Assembly (NCBI GenBank): GCA_013388985.1
Contig: JACAEF010000024.1
Span: 8,370-72,369, forward strand
DNA length: 64,000 bases
Reading direction: 5' to 3'
Source: Rhodocyclaceae bacterium
GTDB lineage: Bacteria > Pseudomonadota > Gammaproteobacteria > Burkholderiales > Rhodocyclaceae
Positions 45,695 to 53,501 of the stretch are shown here, piece by piece; positions within the stretch are counted from its first letter, which is position 1, and each line of letters starts with the position of its first letter. The notes below the pieces were generated by a model. That model saw nothing but the letters and a program-made list of their open reading frames with translations. It did not search any database and was not told the origin of the DNA. Position numbers and translations under genes: made by a program.

Positions 45695-47028
45695 GAGCCG
45701 GAATCTGTCTGATCGAAGACGATCCTTTCGTCGGTAGCCCGCTTTCGGAGCGGCTGGAAATGGACGGCTATGTCTGTGACTGGTTCCAGACGGGGGCCGA
45801 AGCACTGGCGGCGTTGCGCAAGAACCGTTATCAACTGGCCATCAGCGACATCCGCTTGCCCGACATCAGTGGCGAAGAACTGTTCGAGACCTTGCGCCAG
45901 GAAGAAATTTATCTGCCGCCCTTTCTCTTCATCACCGGGCATGGCACCATCGACCAGGCCGTCCGGCTGCTGAAGCTCGGCGCCCATGATTACATCACCA
46001 AGCCATTCGACCCCAGCGCGCTGATGGCAAAAGTGCGCAGCCTGTGCGACAGCCGGCTTGCCATCGCCGCTACCCAGAGCCTGGGAATTTCTACGGCCAT
46101 GCGCACGATCGAGGCCTTGCTGCCGCGGCTGGCCACCAGTCGCAGCCCAGTGCTGATCACAGGCGAATCGGGCGTTGGCAAGGAAGAGGTGGCGCGTCAT
46201 TTACACCGCTTGGGCGATCCCACGGGCAATAAGCCCTTCATCGCCGTCAATTGCGGTGCGATTCCCGAAACCTTGATCGAATCGGAACTCTTCGGTCACG
46301 AGAAGGGCAGTTTCACCGGGGCGGTGAAGGCGCGCAGCGGCGTGTTCGAACAGGCCGACGGCGGCACGCTCTTCCTCGACGAAATCGGTGAAATGCCCTT
46401 GCCGATGCAAGTCAAGTTGCTGCGGGCGATCCAGGACAGCGCGATCGTGCCGGTGGGTGGCGAGATGCCCCGACCCGTGAATATCCGCCTGGTATGCGCG
46501 ACGCATCGCGATCTCAAGGCGATGGTGGAAAACGGCGAATTCCGTGAAGATCTGTACTACCGCATCCACGTCATCCACTTGCCGATACCTCCGCTCAGGG
46601 AACGGCAGGACGACATTCTCTGGCTCACGGAGCGCTTCCTTGCCGAAATCGGACGGCGCGAACGTCGGTTGCTCTCGATCTCCGCGCGCGCCGCGAGCGC
46701 GATGGTGAATTATCCTTGGCCGGGCAACATCCGCGAATTGCGTCATTGCCTCGAACGTGCCGCGGTTCTTTCAGCAAGCGATTGTTTCGAGACGGCAGCG
46801 CTCTTCGGCGGGGCAACCGCGCTGGCGGAGGCCGCCAATCAGTCGATGGACCGTCAGCCGCTCGGCGAATATATGGAAGCCTGCGAACGCGATTACATCA
46901 ATCGCGCCCTGGGCGAAGCCGGAGGCAAAATCAGCCGGGCGGCGGTGCTGCTCGGCATCAGCCGCAAGAATCTGTGGCAGAAAATGCGCAGACTGGGCAT
47001 CAGCGCCAATAGCGGCGAGGATGCCTGA
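45691..47028 (+). CDS. Sigma-54-dependent response regulator, paralogue 2
   Basis: MRAGICLIEDD...[46 protein letters not shown]-terminal HTH. ATG overlaps the kinase stop (ATGA). Confidence 0.85.
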   Translation: MRAGICLIEDDPFVGSPLSERLEMDGYVCDWFQTGAEALAALRKNRYQLAISDIRLPDISGEELFETLRQEEIYLPPFLFITGHGTIDQAVRLLKLGAHDYITKPFDPSALMAKVRSLCDSRLAIAATQSLGISTAMRTIEALLPRLATSRSPVLITGESGVGKEEVARHLHRLGDPTGNKPFIAVNCGAIPETLIESELFGHEKGSFTGAVKARSGVFEQADGGTLFLDEIGEMPLPMQVKLLRAIQDSAIVPVGGEMPRPVNIRLVCATHRDLKAMVENGEFREDLYYRIHVIHLPIPPLRERQDDILWLTERFLAEIGRRERRLLSISARAASAMVNYPWPGNIRELRHCLERAAVLSASDCFETAALFGGATALAEAANQSMDRQPLGEYMEACERDYINRALGEAGGKISRAAVLLGISRKNLWQKMRRLGISANSGEDA

Positions 47029-47072
47029 GAGTGGAGAATGACATCTCGAGTTACGTTGCATTCATCGGGCGC

Positions 47073-47098
47073 GTGCCGTCCCGCCAGCGCCGACTTTG
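47073..47098 (+). repeat. Dispersed intergenic repeat, copy 8 (GTGCCGTCCCGCCAGCGCCGACTTTG)
   Basis: Read directly. Lies 45 nt after the regulator stop and 19 nt before the OsmC-like ATG. Confidence 0.85.
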
Positions 47099-47117
47099 AT
47101 CATTCGTGGAGACAGAA

Positions 47118-47564
47118 ATGAGTGAGCCGCAATTCACTTTCACGCTCGAACAGCAGGAGGACTACGCCTTCCTCGTGCGTTTCGACAACGACCTGCCGGC
47201 CCTGCTGACCGACGAGCCGCCGCCGCTGGGCAAGGGCGCGGGGCCGAACCCGTCGCGGCTGATCGCGGCCGGCGTGGCCAACTGCCTGATGGCGAGCCTG
47301 CTGTTCGCGTTGCGCAAGTTCAAGAACGAGCCCGGCAGGCTCACCGCCACGGTGACCGCCCAGATGACGCGCAACGAGCAAAAGCGCCTGCGCATCGGCC
47401 GCATCGATGTCGAGCTGCGCTTCAGTGCGGCCGCGGCCGGGATGGAGCATCTCGACCGCATCCTGGCCACTTTCGAGGACTATTGCGTGGTCACGCAAAG
47501 CGTGCAAAGCGGCATTCCGGTGGGCATTGCGGTCTATGATGGCACGGGCGCCCAGCTGAAATAG
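47118..47564 (+). CDS. OsmC/Ohr-family protein
   Basis: LGKGAGPNPSRLIAAGVANCLMASLLFALRK and a later CVVTQS are typical of the OsmC family. ATG at 47118 is preceded by GGAGA. A GTG at 47106 is an alternative start. Confidence 0.7.
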   Translation: MSEPQFTFTLEQQEDYAFLVRFDNDLPALLTDEPPPLGKGAGPNPSRLIAAGVANCLMASLLFALRKFKNEPGRLTATVTAQMTRNEQKRLRIGRIDVELRFSAAAAGMEHLDRILATFEDYCVVTQSVQSGIPVGIAVYDGTGAQLK

Positions 47565-47694
47565 CGGAAACGCTGAATAAATTGCTGCGCGGGCGGTCTG
47601 CTGTGTTGCACGGTGCTCGCTCCCTCGCCTATCAGCTTGATATGTCTCGGTCGCTGCGCGCCGTGCGCCTTGCATCCCATCCCGCTCGCGGCTT

Positions 47695-47724
47695 TTTTCA
47701 GCGTTTCCTGACCGCCCGTATAAT
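47695..47724 (+). promoter_or_regulatory. Candidate sigma-70 promoter (-35 TTTTCA, 18-bp spacer, perfect -10 TATAAT) ending 6 nt before the folP ATG
   Basis: Read directly. TATAAT is at 47719..47724. There is no Shine-Dalgarno between it and the ATG at 47731, so the predicted TSS coincides with the start codon. Confidence 0.4.
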
Positions 47725-47730
47725 CCGGCC

Positions 47731-48564
47731 ATGACGACGCTGTATTGCGGCCGCTACCGGCTGGTGCTCGATCGCCCGCTGATCATGGGCATCGTCAATC
47801 TGACGCCCGATTCGTTTTCCGGGGACGGCGTCGGCGACGATACCAGCGCCGCGATCGCCCATGCCGAAGCGCAACGCGCGGCCGGTGCCGACATCCTCGA
47901 TCTCGGCGCCGAATCCTCGCGTCCCGGTGCGGCGCCGGTGCCCGCGGAGGTCGAAATCACGCGCCTGCGGCCGGTGCTGCGGGCGCTGCGCGACTGGGAT
48001 GTGCCGGTCTCGGTCGATACGGCCAAGCCGGAGGTGATGCGCATGGCGATCGACGAGGGCGCGGCGCTGATCAACGACATCATGGCCCTGCGCGCGCCCG
48101 GCGCACTGGAATGCGTGGCGAACAGCGACGTCGGCGTCTGCCTGATGCACATGCAGAAGGATCCGCGCACGATGCAGGCGCAGCCACATTACGAAGATGT
48201 GGTCGAGGAGGTGCATGCGTTCCTCACCGCTCGCCTGATGGCCTGTGTCGCCGCCGGCATCGAGCACGAACGGATCTGCATCGATCCCGGCTTCGGCTTC
48301 GGCAAGACCGTGGCGCACAACTACACGCTGCTGCGCGAGCTGCGGCGTTTTACGGAGCTGGGCGTGCCGGTGCTGGCCGGGCTGTCGCGCAAGTCGATGC
48401 TCGGCGCGGTGACCGGGCGCGACAGCGGTCCGGCGCGCATGCCGGCGAGCATCGCGGCGGCGCTGCTGGCGGTCGAGCGCGGCGCGCGCATCGTGCGCGT
48501 GCATGACGTCGCCGCGACCAAGGATGCGCTCGCCGTGCTGGCGGCGATGGAAGGGAGGATTTGA
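47731..48564 (+). CDS. folP: Dihydropteroate synthase
   Basis: [43 protein letters not shown]. 277 aa, upstream of glmM. Confidence 0.9.
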   Translation: MTTLYCGRYRLVLDRPLIMGIVNLTPDSFSGDGVGDDTSAAIAHAEAQRAAGADILDLGAESSRPGAAPVPAEVEITRLRPVLRALRDWDVPVSVDTAKPEVMRMAIDEGAALINDIMALRAPGALECVANSDVGVCLMHMQKDPRTMQAQPHYEDVVEEVHAFLTARLMACVAAGIEHERICIDPGFGFGKTVAHNYTLLRELRRFTELGVPVLAGLSRKSMLGAVTGRDSGPARMPASIAAALLAVERGARIVRVHDVAATKDALAVLAAMEGRI

Positions 48565-49934
48565 TGACGACGAGACAATATTTCGGCACCGACGGGGTGC
48601 GCGGCCGCGTCGGCCGGTTTCCGATCACGCCGGATTTCGCGCTGCGGCTGGGTTTTGCCGCCGGCGAGACGCTCGTCGCCCATGCGCGCGAATCAGGCCA
48701 TGCGCGCGATGGCGAGCGTCCGGCGGTGCTGATCGGCAAGGACACGCGCATTTCCGGCTACATGCTCGAAGCGGCGCTGGAGGCGGGCTTTGCCGCGGCC
48801 GGCGTCGACGTGATGCTGTGCGGGCCGCTGCCGACGCCGGCCGTCGCCTATCTGACCCGGGCGCTGCGTCTGGCCGCGGGCGTGGTGATCTCCGCCTCGC
48901 ACAATCCGTATGACGATAATGGCATCAAGTTCTTCGCTGCCGGCGGCTGGAAGCTGCCCGATGCGGTGGAGGCCGAGATCGAGGCGCGGCTGGCTGAGCC
49001 GATGGGCTGCCGGCCATCGAGCGAGCTCGGCAAGGCCCGCCGGGTTGACGATGCGGCGGGCCGTTACATCGAATTCTGCAAGAGCACCTTTCCCAACGAT
49101 CTCGACCTGCGCGGCTTGAAACTCGTCGTCGATTGCGCCCATGGCGCCGCCTACAACGTCGCCCCGAAGGTCTTTCACGAGCTCGGTGCCGAGGTGGTGG
49201 CGGTGGGCGCCCAGCCCGACGGCCTCAACATCAACGCCGGCGTCGGCGCGACGGTGCCGGCCTTCCTGCAGGAGCAGGTGCAAAAGCACCAAGCCGATCT
49301 GGGCATCGCCCTCGATGGCGACGCCGACCGTGTCGTGATGGCCGATGCCAGCGGCCGCCTGTTCGACGGCGACGCGCTGCTCTATGTGATCGCCCGCCGC
49401 CAGCAGGCCGCCAAAGGCCTGCCGGGGATCGTCGGCACCCTGATGAGCAACCTCGGCTTCGAGCAGGCGCTGGCGCGGCTGGGCATCGGTTTCGCGCGCG
49501 CCAAGGTCGGCGACCGTTACGTGCTGGAGATGATGCAGGAGAAAGGCTGGCCCTTGGGCGGCGAGAATTCCGGCCACATCATCTGTCTCGACCGGCATAC
49601 CACCGGCGATGGCATCGTCGCCGCGCTGCAGGTGCTGGCGGCCTTGCGCGAGCGTGGCGAGACGCTTGCGCAAGCCTGTGCCGACCTGACCATGTTCCCG
49701 CAGAAGCTGATCAACGTCCGCTTCACCAAGCCCTTCGACTGGCGCAGCAATGCCGCCATCCAGGCCGCGACGGCGCGCGCCGAGAAGATCCTCGACGGCA
49801 GGGGCCGCGTGCTGCTGCGCCCCTCGGGCACGGAGCCCCTGCTGCGCGTGATGGTCGAAGGCGAGGACGGGGCGCTCGTGCTGGCCCAGGCCGAGGCAAT
49901 CGCCGCGGCGGTGCGGGCGGCTGCGGATCTGTGA
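48564..49934 (+). CDS. glmM: Phosphoglucosamine mutase
   Basis: YFGTDGVRG, the phosphoserine loop [22 protein letters not shown]-type DGDADRV. ATG overlaps the folP stop. RBS GGGAGGA. Confidence 0.92.
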   Translation: MTTRQYFGTDGVRGRVGRFPITPDFALRLGFAAGETLVAHARESGHARDGERPAVLIGKDTRISGYMLEAALEAGFAAAGVDVMLCGPLPTPAVAYLTRALRLAAGVVISASHNPYDDNGIKFFAAGGWKLPDAVEAEIEARLAEPMGCRPSSELGKARRVDDAAGRYIEFCKSTFPNDLDLRGLKLVVDCAHGAAYNVAPKVFHELGAEVVAVGAQPDGLNINAGVGATVPAFLQEQVQKHQADLGIALDGDADRVVMADASGRLFDGDALLYVIARRQQAAKGLPGIVGTLMSNLGFEQALARLGIGFARAKVGDRYVLEMMQEKGWPLGGENSGHIICLDRHTTGDGIVAALQVLAALRERGETLAQACADLTMFPQKLINVRFTKPFDWRSNAAIQAATARAEKILDGRGRVLLRPSGTEPLLRVMVEGEDGALVLAQAEAIAAAVRAAADL

Positions 49935-49946
49935 TGAGCCTTTGAG

Positions 49947-49972
49947 GTGCCGTCCCGCCAGCGCCGATTTCT
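49947..49972 (+). repeat. Dispersed intergenic repeat, copy 9 (GTGCCGTCCCGCCAGCGCCGATTTCT)
   Basis: Read directly. Lies between the convergent stops of glmM (49934) and dgkA (49979). Confidence 0.85.
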
Positions 49973-49978
49973 TTCTGC

Positions 49979-50380
49979 TTACCCGAACAGCACCAGTCCC
50001 CAGGTCGCCACGACGTTGATCAGCGCGATCAACACGGCCGCGCTGCCGATGTCCTTGGCGCGCTTGGCGAGCCGGTGGCGTTCGAGAGAAACGCGATCGA
50101 CGGCGGCCTCGATCGCCGAATTGAGCAGTTCGACGACCAGCACCAGCAGCACACTGGCGATCATCAGCGCCTTGCCGAGACCACTGGCCGGCAGGAACAG
50201 TGCCAGTGGGATCAGCACCAGCGCGAGCAAGACCTCCTGGCGAAACGCATCCTCATGCCGGTAGGCGGCGGCTAGGCCGTCGAGCGAATAGCGCAGGGCG
50301 TTGATCAGGCGGGTAAGGCCGGTCTTGCCCTTGAAGGGGCTCTCTCCGCTTCCGGGCGGGGTGTCGTCATGCGGTTCCAT
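49979..50380 (-). CDS. dgkA: Diacylglycerol kinase
   Basis: 133 aa, three TM helices, LTRLINALRYSLDGLAAAYRHEDAFRQE and ...ELLNSAIEAAVDR typical of DgkA. Confidence 0.85.
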   Translation of the reverse strand: MEPHDDTPPGSGESPFKGKTGLTRLINALRYSLDGLAAAYRHEDAFRQEVLLALVLIPLALFLPASGLGKALMIASVLLVLVVELLNSAIEAAVDRVSLERHRLAKRAKDIGSAAVLIALINVVATWGLVLFG

Positions 50381-50414
50381 GCGCGAAAGATAGCAGCTTT
50401 GCGCTGCATCCCGG

Positions 50415-51428
50415 CTACAGGAACCATGTGCCGAGCCACCAGAAGACCGCGGCGATCAGCCCGCTGGCGGGAATCGTCAGCACCCAGGCGATGGCCAGAT
50501 TGATCGAGATGTCCCAGCGCACGCGCTTCATGTTGTGCGCCGCGCCGGCGCCGGCGATGGCGCCGGTGATCGTGTGCGTGGTCGAGACCGGGACGCCGCC
50601 CAGCGTGGCGAGGCCGAGACTGAGCGCGCCGCCCATCGAGGCGCAGGAGCCGCTCACCGAATTGAGCTTGGTGATCTTGGTGCCCATCGTCTTGACGATG
50701 CGCCAGCCGCCCAGATACGTGCCCCAGGCGATCGACAGATAGCAGGCGTAGATCACCCAGTCGGGCAGCGTGGCGACGTCGGTGGTCGCGGCGCCGGCAG
50801 TGATCAAGAGCAGCCAGATGATGCCGATGGTCTTCTGCGCGTCGTTGCCGCCGTGGGCGAGGCTGTAGGCGCCCGAGGTGAAGATCTGCGCGTAGTTGAA
50901 CCAGCGTCGCACCTGGGCCGGCGTCTTCTTGCGGAACAGCCAGGCGACCAGCACCATCAGCAGCCCGCCGAGCATGAAGCCGACGAATGGCGAGACGACG
51001 ATGAAGACGAGGATCTTGCCGAAGCCGCTCCAGATGACCGGCGCGAGGCCGCCCGCCTTGGCGATCGTGGCGCCGACCAGACCGCCGATCAGGGCATGGG
51101 AAGACGAGGAGGGGATGCCGTAATACCAGGTGATGAAGTTCCAGATCAAGGCGCCGCACAGCGCGCCGAAGATCACGTAGTAATCGACGAAAGCCGGGTC
51201 GACCGTGCCCTTGCCGATCGTCGCGGCGACCTTGAGCTGGAACACCCAAAGAGCGGCGAAATTGAAGAAGGCGGCGAACAGCACCGCCTGTTTCGGCGTC
51301 AGCACGCCGGTGGCGACGATGGTCGAGATCGAGTTGGCGCCGTCGTGGAAGCCGTTCATGAAATCGAAGGCCAGGGCGACGAAAATCAGGACCGCGAGGA
51401 TCCCGACGCTGATGGTCAAACCTTCCAT
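50415..51428 (-). CDS. pitA: Inorganic phosphate transporter, PiT family
   Basis: 337-aa polytopic protein with the paired PiT signatures NGFHDGANSIST and AHGGNDAQKTIG. Confidence 0.85.
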   Translation of the reverse strand: MEGLTISVGILAVLIFVALAFDFMNGFHDGANSISTIVATGVLTPKQAVLFAAFFNFAALWVFQLKVAATIGKGTVDPAFVDYYVIFGALCGALIWNFITWYYGIPSSSSHALIGGLVGATIAKAGGLAPVIWSGFGKILVFIVVSPFVGFMLGGLLMVLVAWLFRKKTPAQVRRWFNYAQIFTSGAYSLAHGGNDAQKTIGIIWLLLITAGAATTDVATLPDWVIYACYLSIAWGTYLGGWRIVKTMGTKITKLNSVSGSCASMGGALSLGLATLGGVPVSTTHTITGAIAGAGAAHNMKRVRWDISINLAIAWVLTIPASGLIAAVFWWLGTWFL

Positions 51429-51518
51429 ACACCCTCCCGAAGGGCCGCCCCGAGGGAGGCGCAGCCCCCTGTGGGGGCAGCGAGCGTAGCAGGCGTGGGG
51501 GTCATTGTGTCCAGTCTC

Positions 51519-52157
51519 TCAGGCGTTTTCGATCAGGATTTCCTCGATGATGCGCGCCGTGTACTGGCACTGGTCGAGCACGTGCTCCTGCAGGAAATAG
51601 AACTCACGCAGGCGGATCGCCGTCCACATCTGGCTTTCGTCGGCAAACAGCCGCGTGATCGCCTTCTTCAGGAGCTTGTCCGCCTTGGTCTCGATTTCCT
51701 CGATCTCGTGGCAGAGATCGATGGCCTCCTTGGTGCGCGTCTTGTCGCCGAGGACCACCACGGCGCGGCTCAGGCGCAGGCAGGCATCCGAGGTCAGGGC
51801 GGCGAGCTCGCGCGATTCGGGCGTCGAATCGGTGATGTGATACATGCCGACCGCATTGGCGACGTCCTGCAGCTTGCCGAGGATCTGGTCCAGCGCCAGC
51901 GTCAGGGCATGGATCTCGTCGCGGCTGAACGGCGTGATGAAGGATTTGTGCAGCAGGGCGACCATCTCCATCTTGATCTTGTCGCCGCTGCGCTCGTTCA
52001 TGACGATTTCCTTGACGAGCGCCTCGTGCTCGCTGGACTGGGTGCCCAGCGTGTTGATCAGCCGCAGCGTGGCATTGGCCGCCGCGATCACGCGGTCGGC
52101 ATGGGCGTTGAGGAGCTCGAAGAATTCCTTGCGATGGGGCATCATGCCGCTGAACAT
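51519..52157 (-). CDS. DUF47/PhoU-like Pit accessory protein
   Basis: MFSGMMPHRKEFFELL... is the typical DUF47 (TIGR00153-like) N-terminus. Located upstream of pit. The longer ORF extension would overlap the tRNA genes and was rejected. Confidence 0.7.
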   Translation of the reverse strand: MFSGMMPHRKEFFELLNAHADRVIAAANATLRLINTLGTQSSEHEALVKEIVMNERSGDKIKMEMVALLHKSFITPFSRDEIHALTLALDQILGKLQDVANAVGMYHITDSTPESRELAALTSDACLRLSRAVVVLGDKTRTKEAIDLCHEIEEIETKADKLLKKAITRLFADESQMWTAIRLREFYFLQEHVLDQCQYTARIIEEILIENA

Positions 52158-52264
52158 GTGCGTTCCTTTGAGGGAGAGCCGGAAAAAGACGAAGGCGTGC
52201 ATGTTACAAAAATGTGACGCGCGTTGTGGGCTTTCCTGCCGATTACGGCGCCGTGCGATTTCGA

Positions 52265-52293
52265 TTGACCCGCGCCGGAGACGCCAGTAGAAT
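52265..52293 (+). promoter_or_regulatory. Sigma-70 promoter for the tRNA cluster (TTGACC-N17-TAGAAT, GC-rich discriminator)
   Basis: Read directly. The -10 ends 10 nt before tRNA-Pro position 1. The discriminator GCGTGC suggests stringent control. Confidence 0.55.
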
Positions 52294-52303
52294 GCGTGCT
52301 TCT

Positions 52304-52380
52304 CGGGGTGTAGCGCAGCCCGGTAGCGCGCTTGCTTTGGGAGCAAGATGTCGGGGGTTCGAATCCCTCCACCCCGACCA
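52304..52380 (+). tRNA. tRNA-Pro (anticodon UGG)
   Basis: Hand-folded cloverleaf: acceptor CGGGGTG/CACCCCG, D-arm GCGC..GCGC, anticodon arm CTTGC-TTTGGGA-GCAAG, T-loop TTCGAAT, encoded CCA. Confidence 0.9.
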
Positions 52381-52408
52381 GGCGCCTTGCCCCGTACCGT
52401 TTGACGGA

Positions 52409-52485
52409 CCGCCCGTAGCTCAACCGGATAGAGCACCGGCCTTCTAAGCCGGGGGTTACAGGTTCGAGTCCTGTCGGGCGGGCCA
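52409..52485 (+). tRNA. tRNA-Arg (anticodon UCU)
   Basis: Hand-folded: acceptor CCGCCCG/CGGGCGG, D-arm GCTC..GAGC, anticodon arm CCGGC-CTTCTAA-GCCGG, T-arm ACAGG-TTCGAGT-CCTGT, encoded CCA. The 5' end could be off by 1 nt. Confidence 0.85.
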
Positions 52486-52496
52486 GTTTTCGAGGT

Positions 52497-52573
52497 GGTG
52501 GACGTAGCTCAGTTGGTAGAGTCCCGGATTGTGATTCCGGTCGTCGTGGGTTCGAGTCCCATCGTCCACCCCA
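52497..52573 (+). tRNA. tRNA-His (anticodon GUG)
   Basis: Hand-folded with the His-specific extra G(-1): G-GTGGACG...CGTCCAC-C-CCA. Anticodon arm CCGGA-TTGTGAT-TCCGG. Confidence 0.9.
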
Positions 52574-52659
52574 CTCTCCCGAATCCTTCCCTCTGATTCC
52601 CTTCTGGACTTTTCCGGCCTGCCTTGGTCTTGCGGAAGGAAATTTTTTCCCGTAGCATT

Positions 52660-52673
52660 CAAACGAACGTATG
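52660..52673. promoter_or_regulatory. PsrA-type operator-like site CAAAC-GAAC-GTATG upstream of the TetR gene
   Basis: Read directly, within the 20-bp imperfect palindrome ATTCAAACGAACGTATGAAT, 17 nt upstream of the TetR ATG. Confidence 0.4.
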
Positions 52674-52690
52674 AATAGCTCGGAGCTCCG

Positions 52691-53377
52691 ATGAAGAATC
52701 CTCGCGACGGCCAGTCGGCCGATACCCGGGAGCGCATCCTCGATGTCGCCGAGCGCTTGTTCATGGAGCACGGCTATGAAGGCGCTTCGATGCGCCAGAT
52801 CACCGGCGAGGCCAGCGTCAATCTGGCGGCGGTCAATTACCACTTCGGCTCCAAGGAAGCGCTGCTGCAGGCGGTATTCCGCCGCCGTCTCGCCTGCCTG
52901 AACGAAGAGCGGCTGCGCGTGCTCGACCGGCTCGAAGCCGAAGCCAAGGGTAGGCCCTTGAAGCCCTCGCAGATCGTCGATGCCTTCTTCGGCACTATGC
53001 TGCGCATGGCGCAGGACGAGGATTGCGGCGGGCAGATCTTCCTGCGGCTGCTGGGCCGGACGATGACCGAACCGGCCGAATTCATCCGCACCTTCCTGGC
53101 GCAGGAATATCGCACGGTGCTCGAGCGCTACAAGGCCGCGCTGTTCAAGGCCTTGCCCGACGTGCCGCATGCCGAGATCGTCTGGCGCTTTCACTTCATG
53201 CTCGGGGCGACGTCGTATGCGATCGCTGGCACGGATGCGCTGCGGCTGGTCACCGACTGGGAGATCGAAGAGGAGGACGCGGTCGATCGCCTCGACCGCC
53301 TGCTGCCGCGCCTGATGAGCTTCCTGCTCGGCGGGCTGCGCGCGCCGCTGCCGGAATTCGGCGTGGGAAAAAAATGA
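52691..53377 (+). CDS. TetR-family transcriptional regulator (PsrA/FadR-like, fatty-acid degradation control)
   Basis: N-terminal TetR HTH (RERILDVAERLFMEHGYEGASMRQITGEASVNLAAVNYHFGSKEAL). Heads the fad cluster. Confidence 0.8.
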   Translation: MKNPRDGQSADTRERILDVAERLFMEHGYEGASMRQITGEASVNLAAVNYHFGSKEALLQAVFRRRLACLNEERLRVLDRLEAEAKGRPLKPSQIVDAFFGTMLRMAQDEDCGGQIFLRLLGRTMTEPAEFIRTFLAQEYRTVLERYKAALFKALPDVPHAEIVWRFHFMLGATSYAIAGTDALRLVTDWEIEEEDAVDRLDRLLPRLMSFLLGGLRAPLPEFGVGKK

Positions 53378-53440
53378 GCGCCTCCTGTGTTGCATAAAGG
53401 GAACAGCACAGGTGGGCAACGACACATTCGAACGCTATTT

Positions 53441-53454
53441 CAAACACCTGTTTG
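53441..53454. promoter_or_regulatory. PsrA-type operator-like palindrome CAAAC-ACCT-GTTTG upstream of fadL
   Basis: Perfect match to (G/C)AAAC-N2-4-GTTT(G/C), 47 nt upstream of the fadL ATG. Confidence 0.5.
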
Positions 53455-53501
53455 CGTTCTAATCGGGCGACGAACAGGACAATCCAAGGAGGAGCAAGAC
53501 C

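Noticed and set aside
47670-47700. CCGC-TC-GCGG followed by TTTTTT downstream of the OsmC-like gene, as a possible terminator.
   Set aside because: The stem is only 4 bp with a 2-nt loop, which is sterically implausible. The T-run instead overlaps the proposed -35 of the folP promoter.
52201-52218. Direct repeat ATGTTAC-AAAA-ATGTGAC with 11-bp periodicity upstream of the DUF47/pit operon, resembling a Pho box (CTGTCAT-N4-CTGTCAT).
   Set aside because: Only 4 of 7 positions match per half-site. The repeat reads in the wrong orientation relative to the minus-strand operon. It also lies between that operon and the tRNA promoter. This is too weak to call.
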